From assembly GCA_964270895.1 (NCBI GenBank), contig OZ185447.1: a stretch of DNA of 64,000 bases. One strand, 5' to 3'. Positions 31,827 to 43,970 of the stretch are shown here, piece by piece. A program made the position numbers and the translations under genes. How positions within the stretch are numbered: the stretch's first letter is position 1; each line of letters starts with the position of its first letter. The DNA is from Podarcis filfolensis. Its lineage: Eukaryota. The notes beneath the pieces were generated by a model. The model was not told where the DNA came from. It saw nothing but the letters and a program-made list of their open reading frames with translations, and searched no databases.

Positions 31827-33410
31827 TATTCACCCCAAGAAGAAATGAATTCAACTTTGTCTATAAGTCCACAGCATTGGACTTGAGAGCCAGTGTGGTG
31901 TAGGGGTTAGTGTGCCGGACTATGACCAGGGAAAGCAGGGTTCAAATCTCCACTCACTGGATGGCCTTGGGCTGTTCACTGCCTCTCAGCCTAACCTGCC
32001 TCACATGGTTGTTGTGAGGATGAAATGGGGAGGAAGGAAACCATGTACTCCACCTTGAGCTCCTTGGAGGAAAAGCGAAAAATGAATGCAATAAATAAGT
32101 AAAAGATAAAATTGACTAAACCACAAGCAGATTAAGTGGCCCGCATGTTTGTTGCATATTGACAGTATGGTGATGAAATCCACTGTAGTGTTTACAGGAA
32201 GAATCTTTGATTCAGGAGCCTTTGGTTCAGCCATGAAGCTCACTGGGCCTGCGCCATCTCATGCCCACTGTTTTGTCCAAGCTGAACCTACGTACCTCCC
32301 AGGGTTGTTGTGAAGATATATTGAGTAGAGGGGTGGGAATGCCATTCACAAAGTCCTGAGTTCCCTGGAGGACAAGTAATGAACAAAAGCAGAAGGGATT
32401 GGAGAGGATGAAATTATTCCCCTGTTTTCAAAATATTTCTTGTATCATCCCAGAGAGGCGATTCTCATTTGCCGTAGGAGTGCAGATTCTCACAAGCCCT
32501 GTGCAGAAATCCCCACAACAACCAGAGCCAAGATGAGGATGGCAGCAGCTCGCCCACATGATTTTCAAGGACAGGTCATACAAAGGGTGTTGGTGCAAAT
32601 TCAGTATGAAAATCCTCAGTAGATAAAACCTCCTCATGGCTTCTGGTATTCCAGATGCCTCGTCTTCTCAAGCTCATGCCTTGAAGCCCTGTCAGTTTCC
32701 CTCCCATCACAAATGTCAACAGCCTCTCTCTTCCTGGACTTACAAGTCATTGTTTATACAAATTAGGGCTGTCGCCAAACCGAAGAAATTTTACAAATGG
32801 ACACCCCACTGATTGTAGACTTTGCTGGAGGTGTAGGATTGCAGCCACGGCTGGATCACTGCGTGCATTTGGGTCAGCTAATCAGTTGATTAAATCTACA
32901 TTGATTTGCGTATGAGTAAGCCAATACCACAGGGGGAGCATAATTCTGATTTATTTTGGGTTTTTTAGATGGTTTATTTGAATCCACTTATGAATCACTT
33001 CCAATAAAAGATCTCAAAACAACTTCACAGCAAAAACAATCTGCAGTGAAAAACAATTCCATATGTAAAAACAAAAAGGATGGATGGAGTATAATTTATT
33101 ATACGGTTAAAAATGAACATACTCTATTTAATACAACAAATACTAACGTGGATAAAATAGAGAGAAATAAAATGGTAGGTAAACAAAACTGAAGATTTAA
33201 TAACTTGAAAAAGAGATAGAAAGTCTATGTAGACCCAGTAGGCAAGAATGACTGATGTATTTCGTAGGTTGTCGTGTAAAATTTTGCAACTCATGCTGTA
33301 ATCTTTGGTTTTCCGTCTTCTAGAAGTAAACTGGACAGCTCCAAACTAGAACTTCTGGGCATTCTTCTAAGAAATGGGGCAATGGTCTTGTATGAGCATC
33401 TTGGTAATTT

Positions 33411-33794
33411 TTGTTGTTGTTTAGTCGTTTAGTCGTGTCCGACTCTTCGTGACCCCATGGACCAGAGCACGCCAGGCACTCCTGTCTTCCACTGCCTTCC
33501 GCAGTTTGGTCAAACTCATGCTGGTAGCTTCGAGAACACTATCCAACCATCTTGTCCTCTGTGGTCCCCTTCTCCTTGTGCCCTCCATCTTTCCCAACAT
33601 CAGGGTCTTTTCCAGGGAGTCTTCTCTCCTCATGAGGTGGCCAAAGTATTGGAGCCTCAGCTTCAGGATCTGTCCTTCCAGTGAGCACTCAGGGCTGATT
33701 TCCTTCAGAATGGATAGGTTTGATCTTCTTGCAGTCCATGGGACTTTCAAGAGTCTCCTCCAGCACCATAATTCAAAAGCATCAATTCTTCGGC
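33411..33794 (-). mobile_element. Bov-B (RTE) LINE 3' fragment
   Basis: Minus [71 protein letters not shown]; (TTG)n tail at 33411. Confidence 0.93.
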
Positions 33795-34429
33795 AATGGG
33801 GAATCATAAAAGGACATAGTCTGTGGTCTCTAACACTCCATTGTTACAAGGGAAGGGCTGTAAAAGGAAGGCCTTCAACGGGTGCCAAAAGGCCAATAGG
33901 GGCAGCGCACCTGCCTGGTGCATCATGGGAGGGACTTGCAAAGGGTGGGTACCACCAAGCTAGAGGCCCAGTTCTGCTGGGCTGCTCCCCATAGAGAAAG
34001 ACTAACTTTGTGAATGCCAGAGAGAAAGGGCAGCTCTTATCCTAAAACAGATGGAGAACCTTTTTGGTCCTGGTTCTCTGGCCCCACCCCATGGGCCAGC
34101 TTTGGCAGACAAGTGCAACTGGCATGACGTTGCATGATGGATAGGCGGGCCATGATGCCCACCTGTCAAAATTCATTGCACAGGGTTCCCAGGCACCCAA
34201 CAGCCAGCTAGGTAGGGGTATTGCCAGCACAAGGGGCATTGGCAGCCCTATGATTGGTGCTATGGGAAATGCTGAGCATAGGGCTGGCAAAGCACTTCTC
34301 CACCCCCCCTCCCCATGTGGGGAAATACAGGAAAGAAGGCTACATTTTACAGACAGGGCTAGGTGAGGGAGTAGTCATAGATATCCCTCGCTCAGCCGAT
34401 GTCTTTTTATTATTGATTGATTGATTGGA

Positions 34430-34594
34430 GCTGCTTGCTTCGGCTGCAACTCTTTGTTGCCTGCAGGGAACAGGCGCACACAGCCAAACTGAGCCGGATT
34501 TAATCTCTCACCTCAATTGTCAACTGTCCTGCTGCTTCGACTGCATGTGCCTGTTCCCTGTAGGCAACAAACAGCTGCATCCAAAGCAAGCAGC
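34430..34594. repeat. Long imperfect inverted repeat (foldback/MITE-like)
   Basis: About 59-bp arms GCTGCTTGCTT...GTTGCCTGCAGGGAACAGGC... vs ...GCCTGTTCCCTGTAGGCAAC...AAGCAAGCAGC; about 47-nt spacer. Confidence 0.8.
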
Positions 34595-36004
34595 CCCCCA
34601 GCCAGCACAGAAAGGACCCCTGCACTCCCACAAGCTGGTGGGCAAGTGACTGCAGTTTGGGGAAAATAGCCCTGGGGCAAATCTGGACCCCCTTTCAGGC
34701 CAGGATTGAACTGTGGGCTAAGGGTTCTCAATCCTGTTCTAAAACAATGACTTCTTGTCATTGGCTTTTTTTTAAATAAAAAAATTTCAAGTACAACCCA
34801 ATGAACCAGTGAAACTGTTTTAGTCTATTATAATATTTTTATTAATCTAACCCATTAGATGACACAGCTCTAAAATAGAAAACATGATGGTATATTTGTG
34901 TGTGTTTATGTGTGTGTGTTTGTGTGCACATAGATAGCTGTTTTGTGCTGCAGCAGACTAGCACCGTTACCCTTCCCGCATATATTAAGACACAACAAGT
35001 TACAGAGTTTAAACAAACACATTAGGCAGCATGTGAGTCAATGACGGCTGGGGCATGAATTACTTACTTTCAGTGGGTTGCGCAAGAAGCAGTGAAAACA
35101 TAATTTCCCATGCTGCCAGCAAGCCCAGGTGCTTGATGTATACAGAAAGCTGGTCTGCATTTCTCTCCCAAAACACTCCTCTCCCTGCTCTCTGCCCCCC
35201 ACGCTGCTGGGACTGAGGTACCTGGGGAATCTCCTAAAGCACCTCTTCACCCAGTTAGACTGTGGGCATTTTAAAAACATCTCTCTTACCGAAAGAGAAA
35301 TTGGTTGAATCATCCCCCTCCCCTTTCATGGAAAGGACAGAGAATTATTTGGTTGCTGAGGCAACCTAAGTGTCAGCTCCCAAATGTTGCCATGGTGCTG
35401 TCAGATCTTTCCTCACTATTTTTTGTATTTTATTTTTTACACATCAGGTCATGGCTCTTTGCAAACGACCACATCTGACTCTGGGCTGTAGCACGGCTAA
35501 AGGGATATGGGGAGGAGGCCAGCCACATGAAGTGTGGTGGTACCCAGCTAAGGATGCTGAGTTCATTTGGGATGGAGGGTGAGGTCTAGGGACCCTGATG
35601 ACTTGGGATGCTGAGGGTGAGAACTTAGAGTGGTGGTGAGGGTTAGAGCTCATAGATGCAAGAAGAATTAGGCCCCAGAAGGTGCTGGGGGTCAGGATTC
35701 TTAGACAGGAGAGGGGGATGATGGAAGCATGAATCCTGAATTCTTTAGGAGGAGAATGGGACACTAGGCCCCTCCAAACTGGTGTGGTGGTGTGGTTTTT
35801 GTGGTTGTACTCTGCAACATTATAATTTTGTGGTTTTTTAATGTATACCATTTATATACCAAAATGTCTTTGACACAATAACTGTGCCTTTGTGGTGGAT
35901 TGATACGGGACCATCCACACACACTATTCTGCTTTGTTAGCATTGGGGAAACATTTCTTCTGCAATGCTTCCCCAAGGGGGGCGCTATATATATGCTATA
36001 TACG

Positions 36005-36050
<46 letters not shown>

Positions 36051-36092
36051 ATGTCCCGTGTGTGTGTGTGTGTGTGTGTGTGTATACATACA

Positions 36093-36321
36093 CAGTGGTA
36101 CCTCAGGTTAAGAACTTAATTCGTTCCGGAGGTCTGTTCTTAACCTGAAACTGTTCTTAACCTGAAGCACCACTTTAGTTAATGGGGCCTCCCGCTGCTG
36201 CCACCACGCTGCCGGAGTACAATTTCTGTTCTCATCCTGAAGCAAAGTTCTTAACCCGAGGCACTATTTCTGGGTTAGTGGAGTCTGTAACCTGAAGCGT
36301 ATGTAACCCGAGGTACCACTG
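36093..36321. mobile_element. Tigger-like MITE
   Basis: Same TIRs as 583; inserted in a TG/TA microsatellite; left TA has become CA. Confidence 0.85.
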
Positions 36322-36779
36322 TACACACAAAAGTGGGACATAAAATGAACTGCAGCACATTTGTGGTATGAAAAATTGCGTTTTTGGAATGAAGCTATGG
36401 GGCGTTTGCCCTGAAGCTTTCACAGAGGTAAAGGGTGTGGAGAGCAGGCTTGCATCTACCTGCCCCATATGCCATCGTGAGTGCACATAAGGATGGATGC
36501 ACAGTAAAAGGGATGCCTGGAGGGATCATTGAGCTGAAAAACCCTTTTTTTACCCTTGCATGCCAAACGTCTTAACTGAGATGTTTGTCCCTCCACCCAC
36601 ACCTGAGCTTTCTCTTCTCTTCGCTAAGGAAAGCATGGATTTACACAGTGCTTTCCCCCCTAGAAAAATAGGTGCCGGTACTCACCATGAAATTCTTACA
36701 GTAAGTGCCGCACTTTTTAACAACAACAAAAGAGGTGTGTCGGTATCGCCTGGGAAAAAAGCACTGGATTTACATCTAT

Positions 36780-37417
36780 TTGCGCGCCCGCACACACTCA
36801 CTCACCCCACAGTTTGGTACAGGTTGTCGCTCAGCTCCATTCAGTCCCCAGCCCTTTAAATTTTTTTCTCTGCGGCCATTGCCTGCATCAGATTTTGGGA
36901 GGACACTGATTGCGCTGCCCCCGCGAACTGCTTTTGGGCAGACGTCCCCAAAGGGAATCCTTGCTTCAAGCGTGAAGGATCCGAGGTAGCCTTGCACAGG
37001 GGACGGGGGGAATGTGCAGATGGGTTTTCGGTGCGGGGATCCAGGTTCTTGCGACGGAGAGTGACTACCTGGCAGCCTAGAAGCCTGGAGGCGTCCTCGC
37101 TTTGGATTCCCCCAGAGTGCACACAGTCTGGTGGCGGCTTCCCAGCAGGGGACTCTTGGCCACCAGGGACGCGCGCGCGTCGCGCTGGTGGCACAGTAAG
37201 TAGCAGAACTCGCTCCCTCCACAGGAGGGCACTCATGTCTCTCCTCTCTCACACACACAATCTCACACAACCTCCCACGCTGTGTCCACCCTCCAAACCA
37301 TGCACACGCCTCTTCCATCTTCCTCTCCTTCATACAAGCGGCGCGCCCCTCCCTCTGTCGCCAAGAGCAACGCCGTCCTTCCTCTCCGTCTCCTCCTGCC
37401 TTTCCCAACCAGCTCTC
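36780..37417 (+). promoter_or_regulatory. CpG-rich patch with candidate non-coding exon ending at donor CTC|GTAAGG (37418)
   Basis: CpG density visibly above background (e.g. GACGCGCGCGTCGCG near 37169); ATG-free pyrimidine-rich stretch before the donor. Confidence 0.35.
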
Positions 37418-37595
37418 GTAAGGTCCTTTTCTGTATACCCTGTGCTATAGTCACATTAAGAAATATGCTCCTTTCTCCCTCGCAGTTGTGAATGACAAAC
37501 CTCTCCACTTTGCCTTCAGCTCCGCGCACCCCCAACACTGACCCCCACCATAAACCCATCATTCTACAACACACACGCACCTCAATATTTCTCTT

Positions 37596-37629
<34 letters not shown>

Positions 37630-38784
37630 CGTTAACTGACATTAATTCACATTTCACCGGACATTATTTCACCTGTGTATCTGATGCGTCCCAAACAGAA
37701 TCCTAACCCACCCCTGGCTCCACAGATTAGATTCCAGCGTACAATATAAACAATTTCCAGAGGCGATCACCACACGATCACCCTCTGGGTGTTGCTGAAT
37801 CTTCCCCGATGAGGTGACTTTCGCCGTGCAGTGTTTAGCAGCTCAAAATCTCTGCACCATTTGGTGAAGGGGGTGGGCATAGACCGACCCCCTTCCCCAA
37901 CTAGCCTGTCTTTTCAACCTACCTGGTGGTTGCTATGGCATGGTGGGTAAAGGGTGGCTTATAGGCGATCTTATGGCTCTCTGTCTCATGCACACATAGG
38001 AAAGCTGCCTTATACTGAGATCCACTGGTTCATCCAGCGGGAGTATTCGTCACAGTGACTTGCAGCGGCTCTACCGGGTTTCAGGCAGGGAGTTTTCCCC
38101 AGCCCTACCTTGAACCCGAGACCTTCTGCATGCAAGGCAAATGCTCTCGCATCGAACTAGGACCCTCCCCACATGCCGAGATGCACACAAACACACCTCT
38201 CGAATACGGACCGTTTACTGGCCATATCTGCACCTCCTGCAACTTAAATCGCTTGCATGTTCCTCGCAAGGATCCCCTTTATCTGTGTGTTTAGGAGAGT
38301 ATCCAGTGGATTTTAAAGCAGGTCCCTGTTGCGTTTGTTGGAGGGCGGCGCAAAGTGGAAGGAGGAAGCCATATTTTGACTTGTTTGAAACTGGTTGAAG
38401 TTTGCGGGTATAATATGGCTATATCTATAAATCTCTGGGTTTGCTTTCCCCCCATGGCAGACTGACAGCTCTCTCCGGCTCGGTCCTTTTCTCTCAAAGA
38501 CCTAAACAGTGGGGTGGGTCTCCACCTGCTAACGCTAGTTCCGCCCCCGCCCCCGCCATCTTCCTATCATCACTTTCAAAAGATTCCCTCCGGCGTTAGA
38601 CCCACAAACACCTGAACGCTTCTAAGAACTGATCTGGCTTTGTTTTCAATTCGCCATTTCGAAGATCTCTTCTCTGCCCCCCGCCCCCCCCCCGCTACAC
38701 ACACACCCCTCGACCCCTCCTTTCTTCACTTTTCTAGTTAACCCCACCTCTTCCTTCCCGGCCCCACCCCGCAGCCAGCAACGT

Positions 38785-38805
38785 TTCAGCACCACGGAAA
38801 GCGGA
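38785..38805 (+). promoter_or_regulatory. RE1/NRSE (REST) motif
   Basis: TTCAGCACCACGGAAAGCGGA vs consensus TTCAGCACCACGGACAGCGCC (18/21). Confidence 0.7.
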
Positions 38806-38829
38806 CAGCTCATTTGCGCTTTCTCGCTC

Positions 38830-38997
38830 GCTCTCCCCAAACACACAAGCACAATAAGCTACCAGCCTGCGCTCTTCCTCGCTCGCGCTGCTCCTTTTCA
38901 AAAGAAGAACTGTTTTGATTTGCCTCCGTCCTATCTTTGCCTTTGATCTGCCCAGCAAACCTCACTTCTTCTGCCGAGAAAGCGGAAAGAGAAAAGG
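38830..38997 (+). other. SYT5: Candidate non-coding first exon of SYT5 (distal promoter); 5' end approximate
   Basis: ATG-free CpG-rich segment immediately after the RE1, ending at donor AGG|GTAAGA. Confidence 0.4.
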
Positions 38998-40614
38998 GTA
39001 AGATGCGCCCCTTTGGGACTTCGGTTTTCTAGCCAGAAGTGAGTGCTGTGCGCGAGAGGGTGGCTCCGCACCCAAGAGATTATGAGTTGTGCTGAATTTC
39101 TCTTTCTTCCTTTTGCCTGAGAGGATATATCTTTCTCTCTCAAGCCATCAAGGGTTGGCAGGATGGGCTCTTGAGAACAGGGGGCGGAACCCCTTCCCTC
39201 CGGAAGGGGGCCGCTTTCCCCAAAGCTTGGGGAACAAAGGCAGGTGGCTTACCTGTGTCCAGGGCGAACAGGGAGACGTGACCGGTGAGCTTTGCACAGC
39301 GGATGGAACCAGGTGGGAGGTGGAAACAGAGGAGGACGCTCGCTTGTTTTTCCTACCCAAGCGATGCCAGGGGGAGACTGAGGCCCAGGAGGGCGTTAGT
39401 GCCCAGGCAACACCCGCTTGGCATCGAAAAGGGTGAGCGGGTGGAGACATGGTCAACAGAAAGCGCAATTGTGATTTTGAAGAACTGAGTGCTGAGTACG
39501 AACTTAATAGAATCATGGCATCCTCCGCCACCTTCCCACAGCAGCTCAATGGGGCATGGCCAGTTGACCCCCACCCCCTCCAACACACACACTCGCACGC
39601 TGCAAATATGACACCCCACCCCCTTTAAACCCATCTAAATAAGTGAACTCCATCTATAAGGCTTGAGCGCACAAGAAGCGAGCAACCCCTGACGGGGATG
39701 GGAGAGGGAGGGTGCGTGTCCAGGGGAAGATGTGGGTCTCCCGACCCGCAACCGTGCAGGAGATGGAAGGGAGGTGTGTGGATTGCTTGGCTGGAGAGAG
39801 GGAGGGGGCGTTTAAAGGAAACAGCCACTGCTTGGGGAAAGAGAGACGCATCCAACTGCCCTCTCCTTGGGGAGATAGACTTCGGCAGGGAGCCTGCCTG
39901 GGTGCAAGATTTGGGGTCCGCGGTGGCTCGGCTATCCTCCGGGAAGGCAGGAGGCGAAAGAGGCTCATTTGGCAATAACGTCCTCAGTCTGGCGTCTGAG
40001 CCGATGGGAGTTGCTATAGTACCATCCACAATTCACGGCGAGGCAAGCTGCGGTCTGTTGTCTCCAGGGCGGGGCGGAACTTTAACACAGCTCGCGGAGG
40101 TGAACGGAGGCGTCGTCCAGCTCGACGCGCGTCAGGGCAGGCTGAGCCCTCCTCTCAGTAACAGGCCTTGGCTTTGTAGCATAGGAAGTAATGCTAAGAG
40201 TGCTTCTGAGCACGTTAAGAGAGCATCTCATCACTGAGTGAATTGCGGGGAGTGGGGGCAGGCGGACATTAGTCTTCCATTCTTTCTCCAAAGATCTCGA
40301 AGTGTTGTCCATTGTGGCTTCCTCCCTAATTTATGCTGGGATCTACCTCGCCAGGTAGGATTAGGATGGAGACTGCGCAAAAGCCACCCAGCTAAATCCA
40401 TGGCCAAACGCAGAGATTTAAACCCAGGCCTCCCCAGGACCTTCTGGCGCCCTAACCACTATGCTAGACTGGCTGAGAGTGGAGGGGGCGTTTCAGGGTG
40501 TCCAGGCAGGTTTGGCCCCTGTTAAGAAACACTAAATCTCCTGCTTTGCCAACTTCTCTCTCTCCTGCCCATACACATGCATGCTCTGTATGGGGAAGGC
40601 CAATATCACACTGG

Positions 40615-40755
40615 ATCATAGAATCATAGAATGGTAGAGTTGGAAGGGACCCCGAGGGTCATCTAGTCCAACCCCCTGCAATGCAGGAATCTTTTGCCCA
40701 ACGTGGGGCTCGAACCCACGGCCCAGATATTAAGAGTATCATGTTCTACCGACTG
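40615..40755 (-). mobile_element. tRNA-Lys-headed SINE with CR1-like tail
   Basis: ATCATAGAATCATAGAATGGTAGAGTTGGAAGGGACCCC...TTGCCCAACGTGGGGCTCGAACCC...TTAAGAG...CTACCGACTG. Confidence 0.75.
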
Positions 40756-43182
40756 CTGTTAGCCCAGCTCAGTGACAGTGATTAAAAGGGATTAATTTCC
40801 ATTTGGGCTCACCAGGATTAATTGGAAACATGTTGCCAGAGTAGCTGTTGAGTACCAATCAACCCCCCCCCGCTCCCCCGCCCAACCTGTAATTAGCAAG
40901 GGAAATAAATTCTTCGAAGAAAGGAGTGCTAAATTTCAACGTCTGCTTTGCCTTCTCACCTTTGTTCATGGCAGGGCTGTTTAACCCCTCTTTGACAGGC
41001 AAGGAATTCAACAGGTGAAGCTTTCTCCTCATTGCATCCTTATGTTAGCTGGGTGTGGGGGCCACACATTAACTTTGTGTCTATGGTGCAATTGTTAGAA
41101 GCACAGCAATCCAGCCATCAAAAAGAAGGCAACACAATACAACAAACCTCACGCCCGTTAGGATTGCTGCTTTGAAACAAGCAAAACAACTGGCTTGGTT
41201 CTTTGATAGCATGATATGCAGAAATTAAGCAGACAGAGCTCTTCCAGGCATTGAGATAAAGCCTCTCAGGCAGAGAAAGATCTGGAGAGCCTTTTAACCG
41301 AGGGTTGGGCTATCGTCCCTCCCACTTATTTGGAGGTGAGTTGGCTTTTGAGGACAGCAGCTGCAGTCAGGACTTCATTTTTGGGTGTGAAAACTGGAGT
41401 GACACAATGGGTAGAAAATGGGGGGGGGACCAGCTATTTTGCTCCATTACAGACTTGAGTGTGGCCTTGGGCAAGTCACTTAGTCCCACTTCCTCAGCTG
41501 TAAAACGGGAACATTCTGCCATGGCAAAGCTAAGCTTTAAGGCCATGCAGTGCTTCAAAAATTATTAACCATCAGACCCTTTAACATGGATAACATTTCA
41601 GCATGCTTCTATTCCCGTAGGGCTGTGAGCCAAGGGCTCCTAGATTTGTGACATGCAGCTTCTGAAAAGATGGGAGAAGCCCCCACCACACCTCTTTCTT
41701 TTCACACTTAAGCACTCTGTGCATGCTCTACTCTTGGAAGGAGGTGGAAGGGAGGATTGCAGGCCTTGCTTGTGCAAAGGGCGTGTTGCGCTTGGTGTGC
41801 GTGTGTGTCCCTGCAGATGGCTCCAAGAGGAGGCTTGCATTTGGTTGCCATAGTTTTCCTAAGGAGATCGAGAGGGTTGCTGTGAATGCTCCGACATCAC
41901 CAAGCCAGCCACCCCAGTCCTCTGCCAGGCATTTACCGTATTTTTCTCCGTATAAGATTAGTTTTTTTAACCAAAAAATTAGGTTTAAAATTGGGGCTCG
42001 CCTTATACATGGGTAGTGCTGAGGGTTGTTTTCTTAATTTGGAGTCTTATACATGGGGGTGTCTTATACACAGAAAATACGGTACATTGTGTGTGTGTGC
42101 ATGAATGAAACTGCATCTCTGCCCCTTTGGCGACTCCCTCTCTCTCTCTCTCTCATTCTGTGCTTGGAGTCTCTGCTTGGACTCTCAGCAGGTCTCCACT
42201 GTGCAATGGTTTTCTTTGAGCTCAGAGCTTGCAGTAAAATCTGAGGAGGGAGCCCCTGAAACCAGCTTCAACAGGAGTGAATTAGAGCAGGTGAGGTGAA
42301 GAGGGGCGCTCAGCTTCCTAATTCAGTGGAGGCTTCTCTATTAGGACAAATGGGGCATTGCCCACCAACCTCAGTTTGCCCTCAGTCAGTCTCCACCTGC
42401 CTGCCTTCTTACTTAAAGGGGGGGGGCAGGAGCTGGCTGTCAGCTTCCACCACTTCCTTAGGAAGAGAACTCAGCAGGGGAGGGGGGGACCACAAATCTA
42501 GACTTGGTTGGTCCTTCCTCTCATTGGCTCTCTAGCTCCACCTACTGTTTGGGCCTCCTGCCTTCTACCCTGCCACTCCCAAAGGGCAGGGGCCACCACT
42601 GTCCTGATTCCTCTGGAAGACTGGAAGGATCCCATTGGTTTTATTGGGCTTAATTTGTACCAGCTTTTAGGACTTTAAGCTCATGCCACCAGTCCAGTAT
42701 CTCCTGAGGCATTTGATCTGAGCTTCGTAGTGGACAACTGGCCAGAACCCGCTTTCAGTGCTTAGTAAGGTTGGAGTGGTGAGAAAGAGCATTCCAAGCC
42801 ATGTGCAGAGTGCTCCCCACCCCCCCCAGTGTCTTGCCAGTAAACAAACAGCCAGGCACATTGCATCTGCGATTCAAAGGAAGGCCTCTGTCCCAGTGTC
42901 CCTTGATTTAAAATACATAAAGAAATCCAGCGGGTGAGAGGTTTGGGAGGAAGCCAGGTCTCTTGAGTCTTCTGAGAGGTGAGGGAGCAAGTTAGAGCTG
43001 GAAAGAGAGTTAAACACACCTCCAGTGTCGTTTTGTGATGCAGGGAGTGGGGGGATGGGCTGAGGGTTAACTGGAAAGAGCTTAGTGACCAACAATGCTG
43101 TTATTCTCAAGCTGGACATCTTTTGGGATTACATATTTAATCATGTTCCCAACCTAATCATATGTATTACGTATAGTGGTAT

Positions 43183-43269
<87 letters not shown>

Positions 43270-43757
43270 CTTTGAACACAAACACTTAAAATCATCAGAG
43301 GCATGTGGTGCCTTAAAGCAGGAATGGAAAAACCTGTTCCCCTCCAAATGTTGCTAGACTCCAGCTCCCATCAGTCCAAGGCACCATGGTCAGTGGTCAT
43401 GACTGATGGAAGTTGTAGTCCAAGAACATCTGGAAGGTTCTCCACCCCTGCCTTAGAGACTGGCAAACTTAGGCCTCTCTGGCATGATAGATTTGAAGCA
43501 CCGTGATTCCTCTTTAAACATCAGTGGCTTCCCTTCCCCCAAGAAACTGAACCCTGGGGACTGTAGTTTGTGAAGGGTGTCGAGAAGAACTGACAGGTCG
43601 CTTTGTGAATGGTAGCTCTGTGAGGAGAATAGGAGTATCCTAAGAACTCTCAGCAACCCTTAACAAACTACAGTTCCCAGGATTCTTTGGGGGAAGCCAT
43701 ATGACCATTTTAAGTGATACGATACTGCTTTGAATGTATAGAAGAGGAGAAGAAGAA

Positions 43758-43970
43758 GAGTTTGGATTTGATATCCCGCTTTATCACTACCCAAAGGAGT
43801 CTCAAAGCGGCTAACATTCTCCTTTCCCTTCCTCCCCCACAACAAACACTCTGTGAAGTGAGTAAGTGTGACTAGCGCAAGGTCACCCAACAGCTGCATG
43901 TGGAGGAGCGGAGATGCGAACCCGGTTCACCAGATTATGAGTCTACTGCTCTTAACCACTACACCACACT
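43758..43970 (-). mobile_element. tRNA-derived SINE (MIR-like, squamate type); second copy at about 60690-60910(+)
   Basis: Minus strand GTGTGGTGTAGTGGTTAAGAGC...GAACCGGGTTCGCATCTCCG...GATATCAAATCCAAACTC(TTC)n. Confidence 0.7.

Noticed and set aside
36776-37408. Long ORFs in GC-rich patches (also 39698-40237 and 49823-50326)
   Set aside because: Low-complexity products expected where stops are rare; no homology recognised and no splice-consistent structure.
37798-37845. Short stem GTTGCTGAA...TTTAGCAGC as a miRNA or snoRNA
   Set aside because: Only 9 bp with G-U pairs, a poorly paired interior and no intact C/D or H/ACA boxes.
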